Part shown: positions 35,901 to 45,736 of the stretch, one piece after another
Layout: the number at the start of each line of letters is the position of its first letter
How positions within the stretch are numbered: the first letter of the stretch is position 1
DNA from: Erysipelotrichaceae bacterium
GTDB taxonomy: Bacteria > Bacillota_I > Bacilli_A > RFN20 > CAG-826
Direction: 5' to 3'
DNA length: 64,000 nt
Assembly (NCBI GenBank): GCA_012837435.1
Contig: DURD01000030.1
Span: 405 to 64,404, forward strand
Notes under the pieces: model-generated
Told to the model about the DNA's origin: nothing
The model's database searches: none
What the model saw: only the letters and a program-made list of their open reading frames with translations
Program-made: the position numbers and the translations under genes

Positions 35901-36941
35901 ATTAAAACCGTCACTATCCGTAATTTGTTCGGATGTGAAACAAAAAAAGGTGTGTGCGTACATTGCTACGGCCGTAATTTGGCAACAGGTCGTAAAGTTG
36001 AAGTTGGCGAAGCAGTCGGCATCATGGCGGCTCAATCTATCGGCGAACCAGGTACACAATTAACGATGAGAACTTTCCACACTGGTGGTATTGCTGGTGT
36101 CGATATTACTCAAGGTCTCCCTCGTGTTCAAGAGTTATTTGAGGCACGTACACCTAAAGGTGAAGCTTTAATTTCTGAAATTTCTGGCAAAGTTGTCAAA
36201 ATCGAAGAAAAAAATGGTTGCTACAATGTCACCGTTGAAAACGAGATCGATGGTCAAAAGACTTACACCACGAATTTCGGGGCCAGATTGCGCGTTAAAA
36301 AAGGCGATTTCATCAAAAACGGTGGAAAAATTACCGAAGGCGCTATTTCTCCTAAGAGATTACTAGAAGTGGCCGATGTCACGGAGGTACAAAACTACAT
36401 TTTGAAAGAAGTGCAAAAAGTTTACAGCGCTCAATCCATCGGTATTTCTGATAAACATATCGAAGTAGTCGTGAGACAAATGCTGAGAAAAGTGCTGGTC
36501 ATCGAAGCGGGTGATACTGACCTACTTTCTGGTACGCGCGTCAACATCAATACTCTCACGGATAAAAATGCCGAAGTTCTTCTTTCTGGCAAACGCCCAG
36601 CGGTATTTTCACCTTTGATTTTAGGTATCACAAAATCCGCTTTGGAAACCGAATCATTCTTATCCGCGGCTTCCTTCCAAGAAACCACTCGCGTTTTGAC
36701 TGATGCGGCTATCAAAGGAAAGATTGACCATTTGCACGGCTTAAAAGAAAATGTCATTACTGGTCATTTGATTCCAGCAGGTCGTGGTTTCATTGACGAA
36801 GAAGAAAGAGAAAAACTAAGCAAAAACTTCAGCGTTGAAGAAACGATGCGACAAGTTAGTGATTCTTATATTGAAGAACACGAAAGAAAAGTCAAAGAAA
36901 TTAGAGAAAAAATTCGTGTTCTAGATGAAGAAAATAAATAG
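33000..36941 (+). CDS. rpoC: DNA-directed RNA polymerase subunit beta'
   Basis: 1313 aa. Zinc motif CHCGKY...CEKCG and catalytic NADFDGDQM. Charged C-terminal tail. Confidence 0.95.
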   Translation: MFDVKRLAAIKVGLASPENIRSWSHGEVLKPETINYRSQKPEMQGLYCEKIFGPSKDYECHCGKYKKIRFAGVVCEKCGVEVTSKEVRRERMGHIELASPCSHIWYLKGIPSRIGLLLNVSPKHLEEVTYFAAHVCLNPGKSTKLLYREFINERNGREIFIPAVKEIQENAAEWGLQEGSDDYQRSEELIAKMENRGEVFDFQTVARFINKYTGAEFSEGAAAIKRLLQELDLDKEAEAINAKMKETRASSRQKLTKRLEVIEAFRNSDNKPEWMILDVIPVIPPDLRPMLALDGGRFATSDLNDLYRRVISRNNRLKKLIDMNSPQVILMNEKRMLQEAVDALIDNGRRNKAVQGPGGRPLKSLSSALKGKQGRFRQNLLGKRVDYSGRSVIAVGPSLKMYQCGLPREMAIQLLRPFIACELLKRGIANAHKQADKIIDRYDDVVFDIIEEIIPKHPVLLNRAPTLHRLGIQAFQAVLVDGRAIRLHPLVCTGFNADFDGDQMAVHVPLSKAAQEEALHLMLASNNILGPKDGKPIVTPSQDMVIGNYYLTLESTKEDFLNTAAILRERNDIEEAEKYELYADSEGKVFKDVDDVLRAYQTKQIHLHNRIALIGKAMMKKDFTEEQNKNYLVTSVGKVIFNLIFPADFPYLNEVSEEALRGDIEVVSKDFAPRGTNVKEFIASRPLLKPFKKKDLALIINEIFQRYDRQGNPKTAAVLDKIKDQGFHYSTVAGLTVSLTDIHTVKGKEEVFREGDEKVANLKELYEMGMLTNDERHKQVVEVWEDVKNQVLAKLENQFKVETRNPIFMMSDSGARGNISNILQLAGMRGLMSSTSGGTIELPVKSCFREGMTVSEFFIATHGARKGGADTALKTADSGYLTRRLVDVSQDVIVREEDCGTDHGFEVSEIRDTSNNSIIVKLFDRLVGRYVLNDVTYPEGHEKAGEVIVAKNTMIDETQAKAIVEAGIKTVTIRNLFGCETKKGVCVHCYGRNLATGRKVEVGEAVGIMAAQSIGEPGTQLTMRTFHTGGIAGVDITQGLPRVQELFEARTPKGEALISEISGKVVKIEEKNGCYNVTVENEIDGQKTYTTNFGARLRVKKGDFIKNGGKITEGAISPKRLLEVADVTEVQNYILKEVQKVYSAQSIGISDKHIEVVVRQMLRKVLVIEAGDTDLLSGTRVNINTLTDKNAEVLLSGKRPAVFSPLILGITKSALETESFLSAASFQETTRVLTDAAIKGKIDHLHGLKENVITGHLIPAGRGFIDEEEREKLSKNFSVEETMRQVSDSYIEEHERKVKEIREKIRVLDEENK

Positions 36942-36960
36942 TTAATTCCTATAAAACATC

Positions 36961-36985
36961 AGAGTCCTCGCGACTCTTTTGTTTT
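36961..36985 (+). terminator. rho-independent terminator after rpoC
   Basis: Stem agagtc/gactct, loop ctcgc, then ttttgtttt. Confidence 0.7.
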
Positions 36986-37030
36986 GCTCAGAATCGCGAG
37001 ATTTACTCACTAAATAAAAAAATGATACTA

Positions 37031-37039
37031 TGCTATAAT
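37031..37039 (+). promoter_or_regulatory. extended -10 element (tgctataat) of the plsX-acpP promoter
   Basis: TGnTATAAT read directly. It lies inside the ORF-track N-terminal extension of plsX, which supports the downstream start. Confidence 0.5.
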
Positions 37040-37063
37040 ACCTACGGAATAAAGGAAAATATT

Positions 37064-38047
37064 ATGACACAATACAAAATAGTTATCGATACTCTCGGAT
37101 CTGACAAAGGACCAGAAGCTATCATTTTGGGCGCTTCTTTAGCCCTTAAGAATTTCCCTGAATTATTTGTTACTCTCGTGGGACCAAAAGCATTAATCAA
37201 GGAAAAAATTCGCCTATTTGGAATCGATACTTCTCGCGTTAAAATCATCCCCGCTGAAGAAACGATTACCAATACAGAAAATCCTTACACTGGCATTATA
37301 AAAAAGCCCCAGGCTTCAGTCGTTAAAGCTCTACAAGAAGTCGGTCTAGAAGAAGAAAATTACATCGGGATGATTAGCGCTGGCAACAGCGGGGCAATTA
37401 TCATGGGCTCGTTTAAATATCTGAGCGATGAAAATAAAACTAGACCTTGTATGGCGGCTATTATGCCCAATGATAACCATTCTTTCACTTGTTTGGTGGA
37501 TACGGGTGCGACCATTGACTGCACGCCTTCACAACTCCATTCGTTCGCTCGATTAGGAAGCGATTTAATGAAAAAAATATATAATCTTGATTCGCCGCGT
37601 GTCGGTTTATTGTCTAATGGTGCTGAACCGACAAAAGGCAATCATTTAGTCAAAGAAACATTTCCTATTTTGTCAAGTGATCCTGACATCAATTTTGTCG
37701 GTAATATCGAAGGTAACCGCTCTTTGAGTGGAGACTGCGATGTCTTGGTGTGCGATGGCTTCGCCGGCAATCAAGTTTTAAAAAATACCGAAGGAATAGC
37801 GATGAGTATCATTGGAGATATCGTCGCTTTATCGAGAAAAAAACATGAGCCTAAGTATATGGAAGTCGTCGAACACTTGATGAAAAAATACGATTTAAGT
37901 GCGCTCGGTGGAGGGTTAGTTTTAGGCGTCAGAAAACTAGTTATCAAAGCTCGTGGCAACAGCGATGAAAGAGCGATTGTCAACATTGCGAGAATGCTCA
38001 TCAATCACGCTAACGAAGAAGCTTTTTATACCGAACAAACTTTCTAG
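37064..38047 (+). CDS. plsX: phosphate acyltransferase PlsX
   Basis: MTQYKIVIDTLGSDKGP start, like PlsX (D..G.D.GP). DGFAGN motif. Confidence 0.85.
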   Translation: MTQYKIVIDTLGSDKGPEAIILGASLALKNFPELFVTLVGPKALIKEKIRLFGIDTSRVKIIPAEETITNTENPYTGIIKKPQASVVKALQEVGLEEENYIGMISAGNSGAIIMGSFKYLSDENKTRPCMAAIMPNDNHSFTCLVDTGATIDCTPSQLHSFARLGSDLMKKIYNLDSPRVGLLSNGAEPTKGNHLVKETFPILSSDPDINFVGNIEGNRSLSGDCDVLVCDGFAGNQVLKNTEGIAMSIIGDIVALSRKKHEPKYMEVVEHLMKKYDLSALGGGLVLGVRKLVIKARGNSDERAIVNIARMLINHANEEAFYTEQTF

Positions 38048-38118
38048 CAACATCTCTATTGATGAAGTATAACTAATTTGATAAAATGGCGGAGATAAAA
38101 TAAGTCGAAAAAGGAATT

Positions 38119-38370
38119 ATGAATATGCTAGAAGAACTTAAAAAAATAGTAATAAGTATCGATCCAGAAATAAACTTAGAGAATGTTAAATTAGAAACTA
38201 GACTAATTGAAGATTTGCATTTTGATTCTCTAGGCATCATGATGTTCGCAATGTCGATCGAAGATACATTTGGTGTTTCCTTCGATGAACCAATGAATTT
38301 CTTAACCGTCAAAGATGTGGTGGATTATCTCGAAAATCACCAGAAATTACAGACAAAACAATCAGTTTGA
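38119..38370 (+). CDS. acpP: acyl carrier protein
   Basis: 83 aa. Phosphopantetheine-site motif LHFDSLGIMMF. Follows plsX. Confidence 0.8.
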   Translation: MNMLEELKKIVISIDPEINLENVKLETRLIEDLHFDSLGIMMFAMSIEDTFGVSFDEPMNFLTVKDVVDYLENHQKLQTKQSV

Positions 38371-38488
38371 TGGTTGTGAAACTAGAATCGACATTTTAAC
38401 TCTATTTCCACTAAAAGAAAAAAGAGGCATTAATAAATTAGGATTAGGTGGCAACATCTAGTCTTTTTTTCTTTTAAAAAAACAATTA

Positions 38489-38512
38489 TGATACACCAGG
38501 AATGGTGGTTAT
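38489..38512 (+). repeat. copy 1 of the TGATACACCAGG-N4-GTGGT element (upstream of the rpsL promoter)
   Basis: tgatacaccaggaatggtggttat, read directly. CACCA/TGGTG can pair. Confidence 0.6.
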
Positions 38513-38536
38513 AAATCACTTTTTATTCATTTTTTC

Positions 38537-38565
38537 TTGCCAATTTTTTAATACTTATATAATAT
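38537..38565 (+). promoter_or_regulatory. putative str-operon (rpsL) promoter
   Basis: ttgcca, 17 nt, taatat (alternative tataat with a 15-nt spacer). Confidence 0.5.
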
Positions 38566-38623
38566 ATATGAGCGTGTGAATACTAAAACAAGACCGGAAA
38601 GGTCATTTTTAAAAAGATGATAC

Positions 38624-38646
38624 TGATACACCAGGTACTGTGGTAT
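38624..38646 (+). repeat. copy 2 of the TGATACACCAGG-N4-GTGGT element (in the rpsL 5' leader)
   Basis: tgatacaccaggtactgtggtat, read directly. The 12-mer is identical to copy 1. Contains the cagGTActg palindrome. Confidence 0.6.
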
Positions 38647-38681
38647 GCACAACATCAAAAATTTAATTGAAAGGAGCAATT

Positions 38682-39101
38682 ATGCCAACAATTAACCAAT
38701 TAGTTCATCAAGGCAGAAAGAGCAAAACATCCAAGTCCAAAGCTTTTGCTCTGGGGCGGAGATGGAATTCTTTAAAGAAAAAAGAAATTGCTCAACCATC
38801 CGCTCAAAAACGTGGTGTTTGTACTCGTGTCGGTACGATGACCCCTAAAAAACCAAATTCAGCTTTAAGAAAATATGCTCGTGTTAAATTAAGCAATGGT
38901 TATGAAGTCACTGCCTACATCGGAGGCGAAGGACACAACTTGCAAGAACATAGTACCGTCATCATTAGAGGTGGTCGTGCTAAAGATTTGCCTGGTGTCC
39001 GTTACCATGTCATTAGGGGCACATTAGATTGTGCTGGTGTCAGTGGTCGTCGTCAAGGCCGTAGTTTGTACGGCACTAAAAAACCAGCTAAGGAAGAATA
39101 A
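38682..39101 (+). CDS. rpsL: 30S ribosomal protein S12
   Basis: The ATG after aaaggag gives [13 protein letters not shown]. The track start at 38667 is an extension. Confidence 0.95.
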   Translation: MPTINQLVHQGRKSKTSKSKAFALGRRWNSLKKKEIAQPSAQKRGVCTRVGTMTPKKPNSALRKYARVKLSNGYEVTAYIGGEGHNLQEHSTVIIRGGRAKDLPGVRYHVIRGTLDCAGVSGRRQGRSLYGTKKPAKEE

Positions 39102-39120
39102 TAGGAGGTAAGAGAAAATT

Positions 39121-39588
39121 ATGCGTAAAGGAAGACCTATGAAACGTGATGTCTTACCAGATCCGATTTACAATTCTAAACTGGTGACACGTTTAATTAA
39201 CAAATTAATGCTCGATGGTAAAAAAGGTACTGCCCAAAACATTCTTTACGGGGCTTTTAAGAAAATCGAAGAAAAAACTGGCAAACCGGCAAACGATGTT
39301 TTTGCGACGGCCGTAGACAACATCATGCCCGAAGTCGAGCTCAAAATGCGCCGTGTTGGTGGAGCAAACTTTCCTGTTCCCACGGATGTTACTCCCGAAA
39401 GAAAAGTAACTCTAGGTTTGAGATGGCTAGTCAATTATTCTCGTTTGAGAAATGAAAAAACCATGATTGATCGCTTAGCAAATGAAATCATCGATGCTGC
39501 AAACGGAACAGGCGCTTCTGTTAAAAGGAGAGAAGACACTCACAAAATGGCGGAAGCCAACAAAGCTTATTCACATTATCGTTGGTAG
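39121..39588 (+). CDS. rpsG: 30S ribosomal protein S7
   Basis: 155 aa. [22 protein letters not shown] and the C-terminal [14 protein letters not shown]. Confidence 0.95.
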   Translation: MRKGRPMKRDVLPDPIYNSKLVTRLINKLMLDGKKGTAQNILYGAFKKIEEKTGKPANDVFATAVDNIMPEVELKMRRVGGANFPVPTDVTPERKVTLGLRWLVNYSRLRNEKTMIDRLANEIIDAANGTGASVKRREDTHKMAEANKAYSHYRW

Positions 39589-39608
39589 TGAAATAGGAGT
39601 TTTTGACT

Positions 39609-41687
39609 ATGTCACGCGAATATGAACTAGCACATACACGCAATATCGGCATTATGGCCCATATCGATGCAGGCAAGACTACTACTACCGAACGGATTCT
39701 TTATTTTACTGGAAAAATCCATAAAATTGGCGAGACTCACGAAGGGAGTGCGACGATGGACTGGATGGAACAGGAACAAGAAAGAGGTATTACCATTACT
39801 TCCGCCGCGACAACCGCTACTTGGAAGGGTAATCGCGTTAACATCATCGATACCCCTGGACACGTCGACTTTACGGTCGAAGTGGAAAGATCCTTACGGG
39901 TTTTAGATGGGGCCATTACTGTTTTAGACGGCAAGAATGGTGTCGAACCACAAACCGAAACTGTTTGGAGACAGGGTACAAAATATGGCGTTCCTCGTAT
40001 TGTCTTTGTCAATAAGTTAGATGCTGTCGGCGCGGACTTTGAAATGTGTATAAATTCACTAAAAGAACGCTTAGGCGCTAATGCGGAAGCGGTGCAATAT
40101 CCCGTTGGGATTGAAGCTTCGCTAAGAGGATATGTCGATATTATTACTCAAAAAGCCTTCATCTATGCTAGTGATGTGCACGAAGAACCAAATGAGATAC
40201 CCATTCCTAACGAGTATCATAAAAAAGTGCTAGAACTACGTACGAAATTATTTGAAGCTTTATCAAACTTCGATGAAGAAATTCTTATGATTGTTCTCGA
40301 AGGCAAAGATCCTTCAGTCAAACAAATTAAGGCGGCCATCCGCAAAGCCGTTTTAACGGGTGATTTTCACCCAGTTTTCTGTGGATCGGCTTACAAAAAC
40401 AAAAATATTCAACCCTTGTTAGATGGGGTGATTGACTATTTGCCTAGTCCACTAGACACGGCCCCTGCTGTCGGTCAAGATAACAAAGGTAATGAAGTAA
40501 TTTGCGAACCAAAAGATGATGCTCCTCTAGCCGCTTTGGTTTTTAAGATTGCTACCGATCCTTTTATCGGTCGTTTGGCTTATGTCCGCGTTTATAGCGG
40601 CACATTAAAATCGGGAAGTTATCTTTTAAATTCCACTAAAGGCGTGAAGGAAAGAATCGGTCGCGTTGTCCTTATGCACTCTAACCATCGTCAAGAAGTC
40701 GAAGAACTTCACGCGGGTGACATCGGGGCAGTTGTAGGTTTAAAAAATACCATTACTGGCGACACGCTTTGCGAAGAAAAAAATGTCATCATTTTGGAAA
40801 AAATGGATTTTCCAGAACCAGTTATTGAAGAAGCTATCGAACCGAAAACGAAAGCTGACCAAGAGAAGATGAGCATCGCTCTACAAAAATTGGCGGAGGA
40901 AGATCCGACGTTTAGAGTCAGAACCAATCCTGAGACTGGACAAACGCTCATCGCGGGCGTCGGCGAACTGCACCTCGACATCCTCGTCGATCGAATGAAA
41001 AGAGAATTCGGTGTCCAAGTCAATGTCGGTACCCCCCGAGTCGAATACCGCGAAACGATTAAAGAAGAAGCGGAATGCGAGGGTAAATATATTCGACAGA
41101 GCGGTGGTCGTGGCCAATATGGTCACGTCTGGATTCGCTTCGCCCCTAATCCGGGAAAAGGCTTTGAATTCGTCGATGCAGTCGTCGGTGGATCCGTGCC
41201 AAAAGAATATATCAAATCAACTGCCGAAGGCCTAAAGGACGCTCTCGAAAGAGGGATGCTTGCCGGATTCCCCATTATCGATATTAAAGCTACGTTATTC
41301 GATGGAAGTTATCACGATGTCGATAGCAGTGAAATAGCTTATAAAATCGCCGCGAGCCTGGCTCTAAAAGAAGCGGCTAAAAATTGTCAACCTATCATTT
41401 TGGAACCGATTATGAAAATTGAAGTCACTGTTCCGGAACAATACTACGGCGATGTCATCGGTGATGTCACTCGCCGGAGAGGCCAAGTGGTTGGCGAAAG
41501 TCAAAGAGCTAACGCTAAGATTATCGAAGCGGAAGTTCCGTTGAGCGAAATGTTTGGTTACGTCACCGACCTAAGAAGTATGACTCAAGGTCGGGGAAAT
41601 TATGTGATGCAATTCGATCACTACGGCGAAACACCAAAGTACGTTCAAGACGAAATATTGAAAAGAGTAGGAGTAATTACCTACTAG
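39609..41687 (+). CDS. fusA: elongation factor G
   Basis: [10 protein letters not shown]1 motif, [12 protein letters not shown]. The ATG at 39609 is preferred over the track TTG at 39603. Confidence 0.95.
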   Translation: MSREYELAHTRNIGIMAHIDAGKTTTTERILYFTGKIHKIGETHEGSATMDWMEQEQERGITITSAATTATWKGNRVNIIDTPGHVDFTVEVERSLRVLDGAITVLDGKNGVEPQTETVWRQGTKYGVPRIVFVNKLDAVGADFEMCINSLKERLGANAEAVQYPVGIEASLRGYVDIITQKAFIYASDVHEEPNEIPIPNEYHKKVLELRTKLFEALSNFDEEILMIVLEGKDPSVKQIKAAIRKAVLTGDFHPVFCGSAYKNKNIQPLLDGVIDYLPSPLDTAPAVGQDNKGNEVICEPKDDAPLAALVFKIATDPFIGRLAYVRVYSGTLKSGSYLLNSTKGVKERIGRVVLMHSNHRQEVEELHAGDIGAVVGLKNTITGDTLCEEKNVIILEKMDFPEPVIEEAIEPKTKADQEKMSIALQKLAEEDPTFRVRTNPETGQTLIAGVGELHLDILVDRMKREFGVQVNVGTPRVEYRETIKEEAECEGKYIRQSGGRGQYGHVWIRFAPNPGKGFEFVDAVVGGSVPKEYIKSTAEGLKDALERGMLAGFPIIDIKATLFDGSYHDVDSSEIAYKIAASLALKEAAKNCQPIILEPIMKIEVTVPEQYYGDVIGDVTRRRGQVVGESQRANAKIIEAEVPLSEMFGYVTDLRSMTQGRGNYVMQFDHYGETPKYVQDEILKRVGVITY

Positions 41688-41712
41688 AAAAATAATGTAA
41701 TATCAAATGATA

Positions 41713-41741
41713 TTGCACAAAAATTGTTAATGCTATATTAT
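41713..41741 (+). promoter_or_regulatory. putative internal tuf promoter
   Basis: ttgcac, 17 nt, tattat. Its -35 is overlapped by the 7-2-7 palindrome aatatcaAAtgatatt (41699-41714). Confidence 0.45.
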
Positions 41742-41789
41742 TATTTCGTTACAAATAATTGATTAACGAAAGAAAGGAGATCTCTATTT

Positions 41790-42974
41790 ATGGCAAAAAA
41801 ACATTTTGACAGAAGTAAAGAGCACGTTAACATTGGTACAATCGGTCACGTCGACCACGGCAAAACCACATTAACTGCTGCTATCACCAGTGTCTTATCT
41901 AAAAAAGGCGGTGCCGTCGCTACTGATTATGCTTCTATCGACTCTGCTCCCGAAGAAAAGGCTCGTGGTATCACAATTAATACCGCTCACATTGAGTACC
42001 AAACAGAAAAAAGACACTACGCTCACGTTGACTGCCCAGGACACGCTGACTATATCAAAAACATGATTACTGGCGCAGCACAAATGGACGGAGCTATTCT
42101 GGTTGTTGCTGGTACAGACGGTGTTATGCCACAAACACGTGAACACATTCTACTCGCTCGTCAAGTCGGTATTAAATATATCGTTGTCTACATCAACAAA
42201 ACTGACTTAGTCGACGATCCCGAATTATTAGAATTAGTGGAAATGGACGTTCGTGACTTACTGAATACTTATGGTTTTCCAGGCGACGATGTCCCAGTCA
42301 TCTGTGGTTCAGCTAGAGCCGCATTAGATGGTGACCCCGCTCAAGAAAAGGTTATCGGAGAATTGATGGATGCTTGCGATTCTTATATCCCTGCCCCTGT
42401 CCGTGAAACCGAAAAACCATTCTTACTCGCGATTGAAGACGTGATGACTATTTCTGGTCGTGGTACAGTTGTTACTGGTCGTGTCGAACGCGGTACTGCT
42501 AAATTAGGTAACCCCGTAGAAATCGTCGGTATTCGTCCCACCCAATCATCGGTGATTACCGGTCTTGAATCCTTCCGCAAAATTCTCGATTATGCTGAAG
42601 CAGGTGATAACGTCGGTGTCTTGTTAAGAGGTGTAAGCCGCGATCAAGTCGAACGTGGTCAAGTCTTAGCCAAACCTGGCAGTGTTACTCCACACTCCAA
42701 ATTCAAAGGCCAAGTCTACGTTTTATCAAAAGAAGAAGGTGGCCGTCATACTGCTTTCCTAAGCAATTATCGTCCACAATTTTACTTCCGTACTACTGAT
42801 GTTACCGGAGTTATTACTCTTCCGGCTGGTGTTGATATGGTCATGCCTGGCGATAACGTCGAGCTCAACGTCGAGCTCATTCATCCAATCGCCATGGAAC
42901 AAGGTACCAAATTCTCCATCCGTGAAGGTGGTAGAACTGTCGGTGCCGGTACAGTTAGCGAAGTTATCAAATAA
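41790..42974 (+). CDS. tuf: elongation factor Tu
   Basis: 394 aa. [22 protein letters not shown]. Confidence 0.97.
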   Translation: MAKKHFDRSKEHVNIGTIGHVDHGKTTLTAAITSVLSKKGGAVATDYASIDSAPEEKARGITINTAHIEYQTEKRHYAHVDCPGHADYIKNMITGAAQMDGAILVVAGTDGVMPQTREHILLARQVGIKYIVVYINKTDLVDDPELLELVEMDVRDLLNTYGFPGDDVPVICGSARAALDGDPAQEKVIGELMDACDSYIPAPVRETEKPFLLAIEDVMTISGRGTVVTGRVERGTAKLGNPVEIVGIRPTQSSVITGLESFRKILDYAEAGDNVGVLLRGVSRDQVERGQVLAKPGSVTPHSKFKGQVYVLSKEEGGRHTAFLSNYRPQFYFRTTDVTGVITLPAGVDMVMPGDNVELNVELIHPIAMEQGTKFSIREGGRTVGAGTVSEVIK

Positions 42975-43004
42975 TTTGATTTAGCTAATCATTATCAAAC
43001 AAAT

Positions 43005-43032
43005 ATCCTCCAAGAAAACGGAGGATTTTTTG
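43005..43032 (+). terminator. rho-independent terminator after tuf
   Basis: Stem atcctcc/ggaggat, 8-nt loop, T6. Confidence 0.8.
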
Positions 43033-43160
43033 TGATTTAAATAGTGTTAAAGATTTTGCTCGTTTTAAAAAATATAGTTTTCATATAACTTTATTCATCA
43101 ATTTTTCTTTGATAAAATAAAGATATAATCTTGTTCGCATAAATAGGAGGAAACCACTGC

Positions 43161-44705
43161 ATGGAAGTCAGAATTGAAAACCTTACTAAAATTTTTTTCG
43201 ATAAGAAAGGTAGGGTCGAAGCGGTCAATGACATTTCGTTTGTCGTTCCTAGTGGTAAACTAGTGGGGCTCCTCGGTCCTTCAGGGTGTGGTAAAACTAC
43301 GATTTTATACTTAATCGCGGGATTACATGAGGCCGATGCCGGAAGGATATGGTTTGATTATGAAGACGTCACTTCGTCCCCAATAGAAAAGCGGGGAGTG
43401 GGTATGGTTTTTCAAAACTATGCTCTATATCCGCATTTTTCTGTCAGGAGAAACATTACTTTTCCTCTTGACAATTTGCGGTTTCCTGGTCCTCTTGATA
43501 ATTACAAGAAAACTATTAAAGAAGCTAAATCCAAAATCCATAAATTACAAAAGAGTATCGAAGCCGCTCAAAAGTATCAAGAGAGTGTTTTCGCGATAAA
43601 AAAAGAATTAGAAGATACAAAAAAGAAACTATTTTCTACTCAAAGAGCTTATGAAGAAGCGAAAGCGACTCTCGTTGAATTAAAAAAGACTAACCCCCTT
43701 AAATATAAAGAGATTCATAAAAGAAGATTGAGCAAACAAGAAAAAACCGCTATTGTGCGGAAGATGGCCGAACTTGTGGGCATTGAAAAATATCTCGACA
43801 GGAAACCCAAAGAACTATCCGGTGGGGAACAGCAACGCGTCGCCATCGCTCGAGCGTTAGTGAAATCCCCTCGCCTTTTATTGCTCGACGAACCATTTTC
43901 TAATTTAGATGAACGTTTGAGATTAGAGACGCGCGAAGAAATTAGAAGAATCCAAAAAGATATGGGCATTACTACCATTTTTGTCACTCACGATCAAGAA
44001 GAAGCCCAGTCCATTTCCGACATAATAGTGGTCATGAATCAGGGGGTTATTCAACAGATTGATTCTCCAGAAAAAATTTATGACGACCCCCAAAACTTAT
44101 TCGTGGCTAAATTCTTAGGCTCACCTCCTATCAACATTTTTGAAGGAGAAATAAAAGAGGGAAAATTGTTTTTAAACGACAAGATATTTGATGAGGGAAA
44201 GGTTTATAAAAAAACATATAGAGGTCTCGTGACAAAGGAAAAAATAGTCGTTAAGGGTATGGAGGTGTCTCTAGAAGATTATTTAGAAGATTTAGAGGCT
44301 AATCCTAGTAAACTCATCAATAAGACGGAAAAAGAGATAAAATCTTTGAGAAATCCGGAGCTAGAAACGGTCCAATATGAAGAAAAAGTAGTCAAAATAG
44401 ATCGCCAAGTCTTGATTGGTGTGCGCCCAGAAGCTTTCATGCTTGAAACTAAAAAGGCTAGTCAGAGCCAGAGCAATTCCAAAAAGAATAGTGCCGATTT
44501 ACACAAGATTCCCGTCGTCGTGCAACATATCCAAAAAGTGGGGCAAGATATATCTTTAGTCGGCAAAGTTCAAAATCAAGAACAGAGCAGTCTAAAAATT
44601 ATCATTCCATCTGAGAGTTGGTCAAAAACCAAAAGGAAAGAGATTGTCAATTTTAAAGTTAAGCTTTTCTACGTTTTTGAACTTTCTGGAGAGAGAATTA
44701 AATAA
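43161..44705 (+). CDS. MalK/UgpC/MsmX-type carbohydrate ABC transporter ATP-binding protein with large insertions; no adjacent permease
   Basis: Walker A GPSGCGKTT, Q-loop MVFQNYALYPH, signature LSGGEQQRVAIARAL, Walker B LLLLDEPFSNLD, FLGSPPINIF. 514 aa against about 370 aa for typical homologues. Confidence 0.8.
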   Translation: MEVRIENLTKIFFDKKGRVEAVNDISFVVPSGKLVGLLGPSGCGKTTILYLIAGLHEADAGRIWFDYEDVTSSPIEKRGVGMVFQNYALYPHFSVRRNITFPLDNLRFPGPLDNYKKTIKEAKSKIHKLQKSIEAAQKYQESVFAIKKELEDTKKKLFSTQRAYEEAKATLVELKKTNPLKYKEIHKRRLSKQEKTAIVRKMAELVGIEKYLDRKPKELSGGEQQRVAIARALVKSPRLLLLDEPFSNLDERLRLETREEIRRIQKDMGITTIFVTHDQEEAQSISDIIVVMNQGVIQQIDSPEKIYDDPQNLFVAKFLGSPPINIFEGEIKEGKLFLNDKIFDEGKVYKKTYRGLVTKEKIVVKGMEVSLEDYLEDLEANPSKLINKTEKEIKSLRNPELETVQYEEKVVKIDRQVLIGVRPEAFMLETKKASQSQSNSKKNSADLHKIPVVVQHIQKVGQDISLVGKVQNQEQSSLKIIIPSESWSKTKRKEIVNFKVKLFYVFELSGERIK

Positions 44706-44825
44706 TCTATTTGACCACTACTAAGAAATACAACCTTATTGGATTAACCTCTTAGTTTGAACTTTATATCGTTGATATTTTTGCTTGCTACGTCTCTTAG
44801 ATTTATTATATTATTATCTAGCGAT

Positions 44826-44901
44826 GCACTCTTAGCTCAGTCGGCAGAGCACGTGACTCTTAATCTCGGGGTCCAGGGTTCGAATCCCTGAGAGTGTACC
44901 A
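44826..44901 (+). tRNA. tRNA-Lys (anticodon CUU), CCA encoded
   Basis: Cloverleaf: acceptor gcactct/agagtgt (G1-U72 wobble), anticodon loop ctCTTaa, T-arm caggg-ttcgaat-ccctg. One U-U mismatch in the anticodon stem. Confidence 0.8.
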
Positions 44902-44975
44902 TTTAACTCGTATCTTGAATATCGCCACCTTAAGAATTTGGAATTTGAATGGTGTAAAACTTCAAGAAGCAAAAG

Positions 44976-45001
44976 CCCTCGAAATTGGTCGAGGGTTTTT
45001 A
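44976..45001 (+). terminator. rho-independent terminator about 75 nt downstream of tRNA-Lys
   Basis: Stem ccctcga/tcgaggg, loop aattgg, T5. Confidence 0.75.
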
Positions 45002-45138
45002 AAATAATCTTATTAAAATCTTAAGGGATATTATTATTTTTTCAGCTCCTTGCTCGATAAAACTATAGAAATATCAATTTCACCCTGTTGAGAAAACAAT
45101 TTTATTGCTTTAAAATAATTTAAAAGAGGATAAAAAAT

Positions 45139-45561
45139 ATGAAGGCTCCCAGTGTTACGGTTTTAAGAAAATATTTAACGGCGATGAGAAAAAGCAAAGC
45201 TAAATACATAACGTGTGAGCGCTTGTCTCGTATCATCGGAGTTTATCCCGAAGTGATTGCCGACAATCTTTCGTATTTTGAACCGATGATAAAGATGGAT
45301 ACCTCTTTAGATTTATTGACCTTAGTTCCGAGCATCAAAGAATACTTGCGAGTCGAAAAAGAAAAAAGAGTCCCAAAAGCTCCGCGAGTGGTCGCTACCA
45401 AAAAAGACATGAGCGAATATGAATCGGTTTCTGATTTTATTTATAAAAAGATGACATATGCTGGCTTTGTCGATCGCAATAAAGTGCTAGACGAAAAAGA
45501 TTTAAGGGTTTTAAGACGCTTGATAGATGCTGAACTAGCGGTTCTAAGAAAGAAAAAATAA
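45139..45561 (+). CDS. hypothetical protein with a Rex-N-terminal-like winged-helix region (no NAD(H)-binding domain)
   Basis: 140-aa ORF. LRKYLTAMRKSKAKYITCERLSRIIGVYPEVIADNLSYFE parallels the Rex segment RLPLYYRFL...RVSSAELS....V.SATIRRDFSYFG, recalled from memory. Confidence 0.4.
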   Translation: MKAPSVTVLRKYLTAMRKSKAKYITCERLSRIIGVYPEVIADNLSYFEPMIKMDTSLDLLTLVPSIKEYLRVEKEKRVPKAPRVVATKKDMSEYESVSDFIYKKMTYAGFVDRNKVLDEKDLRVLRRLIDAELAVLRKKK

Positions 45562-45679
45562 ACCATTATGACAATGTTCCCACTTCGAACATTGTTTTAT
45601 TAAATAATAGTTTTGGAATCCATTTTTAATTTTTTTATCTTCAATGATAAATTTTACTCTCTCGTCTCACTCTAAACGC

Positions 45680-45708
45680 TTGTAAACGCACACGCATACT
45701 CGTATAAT
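45680..45708 (+). promoter_or_regulatory. putative PFOR promoter
   Basis: ttgtaa, 17 nt, tataat. Confidence 0.55.
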
Positions 45709-45736
45709 GAATACGATATTTAGGAGGAATTTTTTT

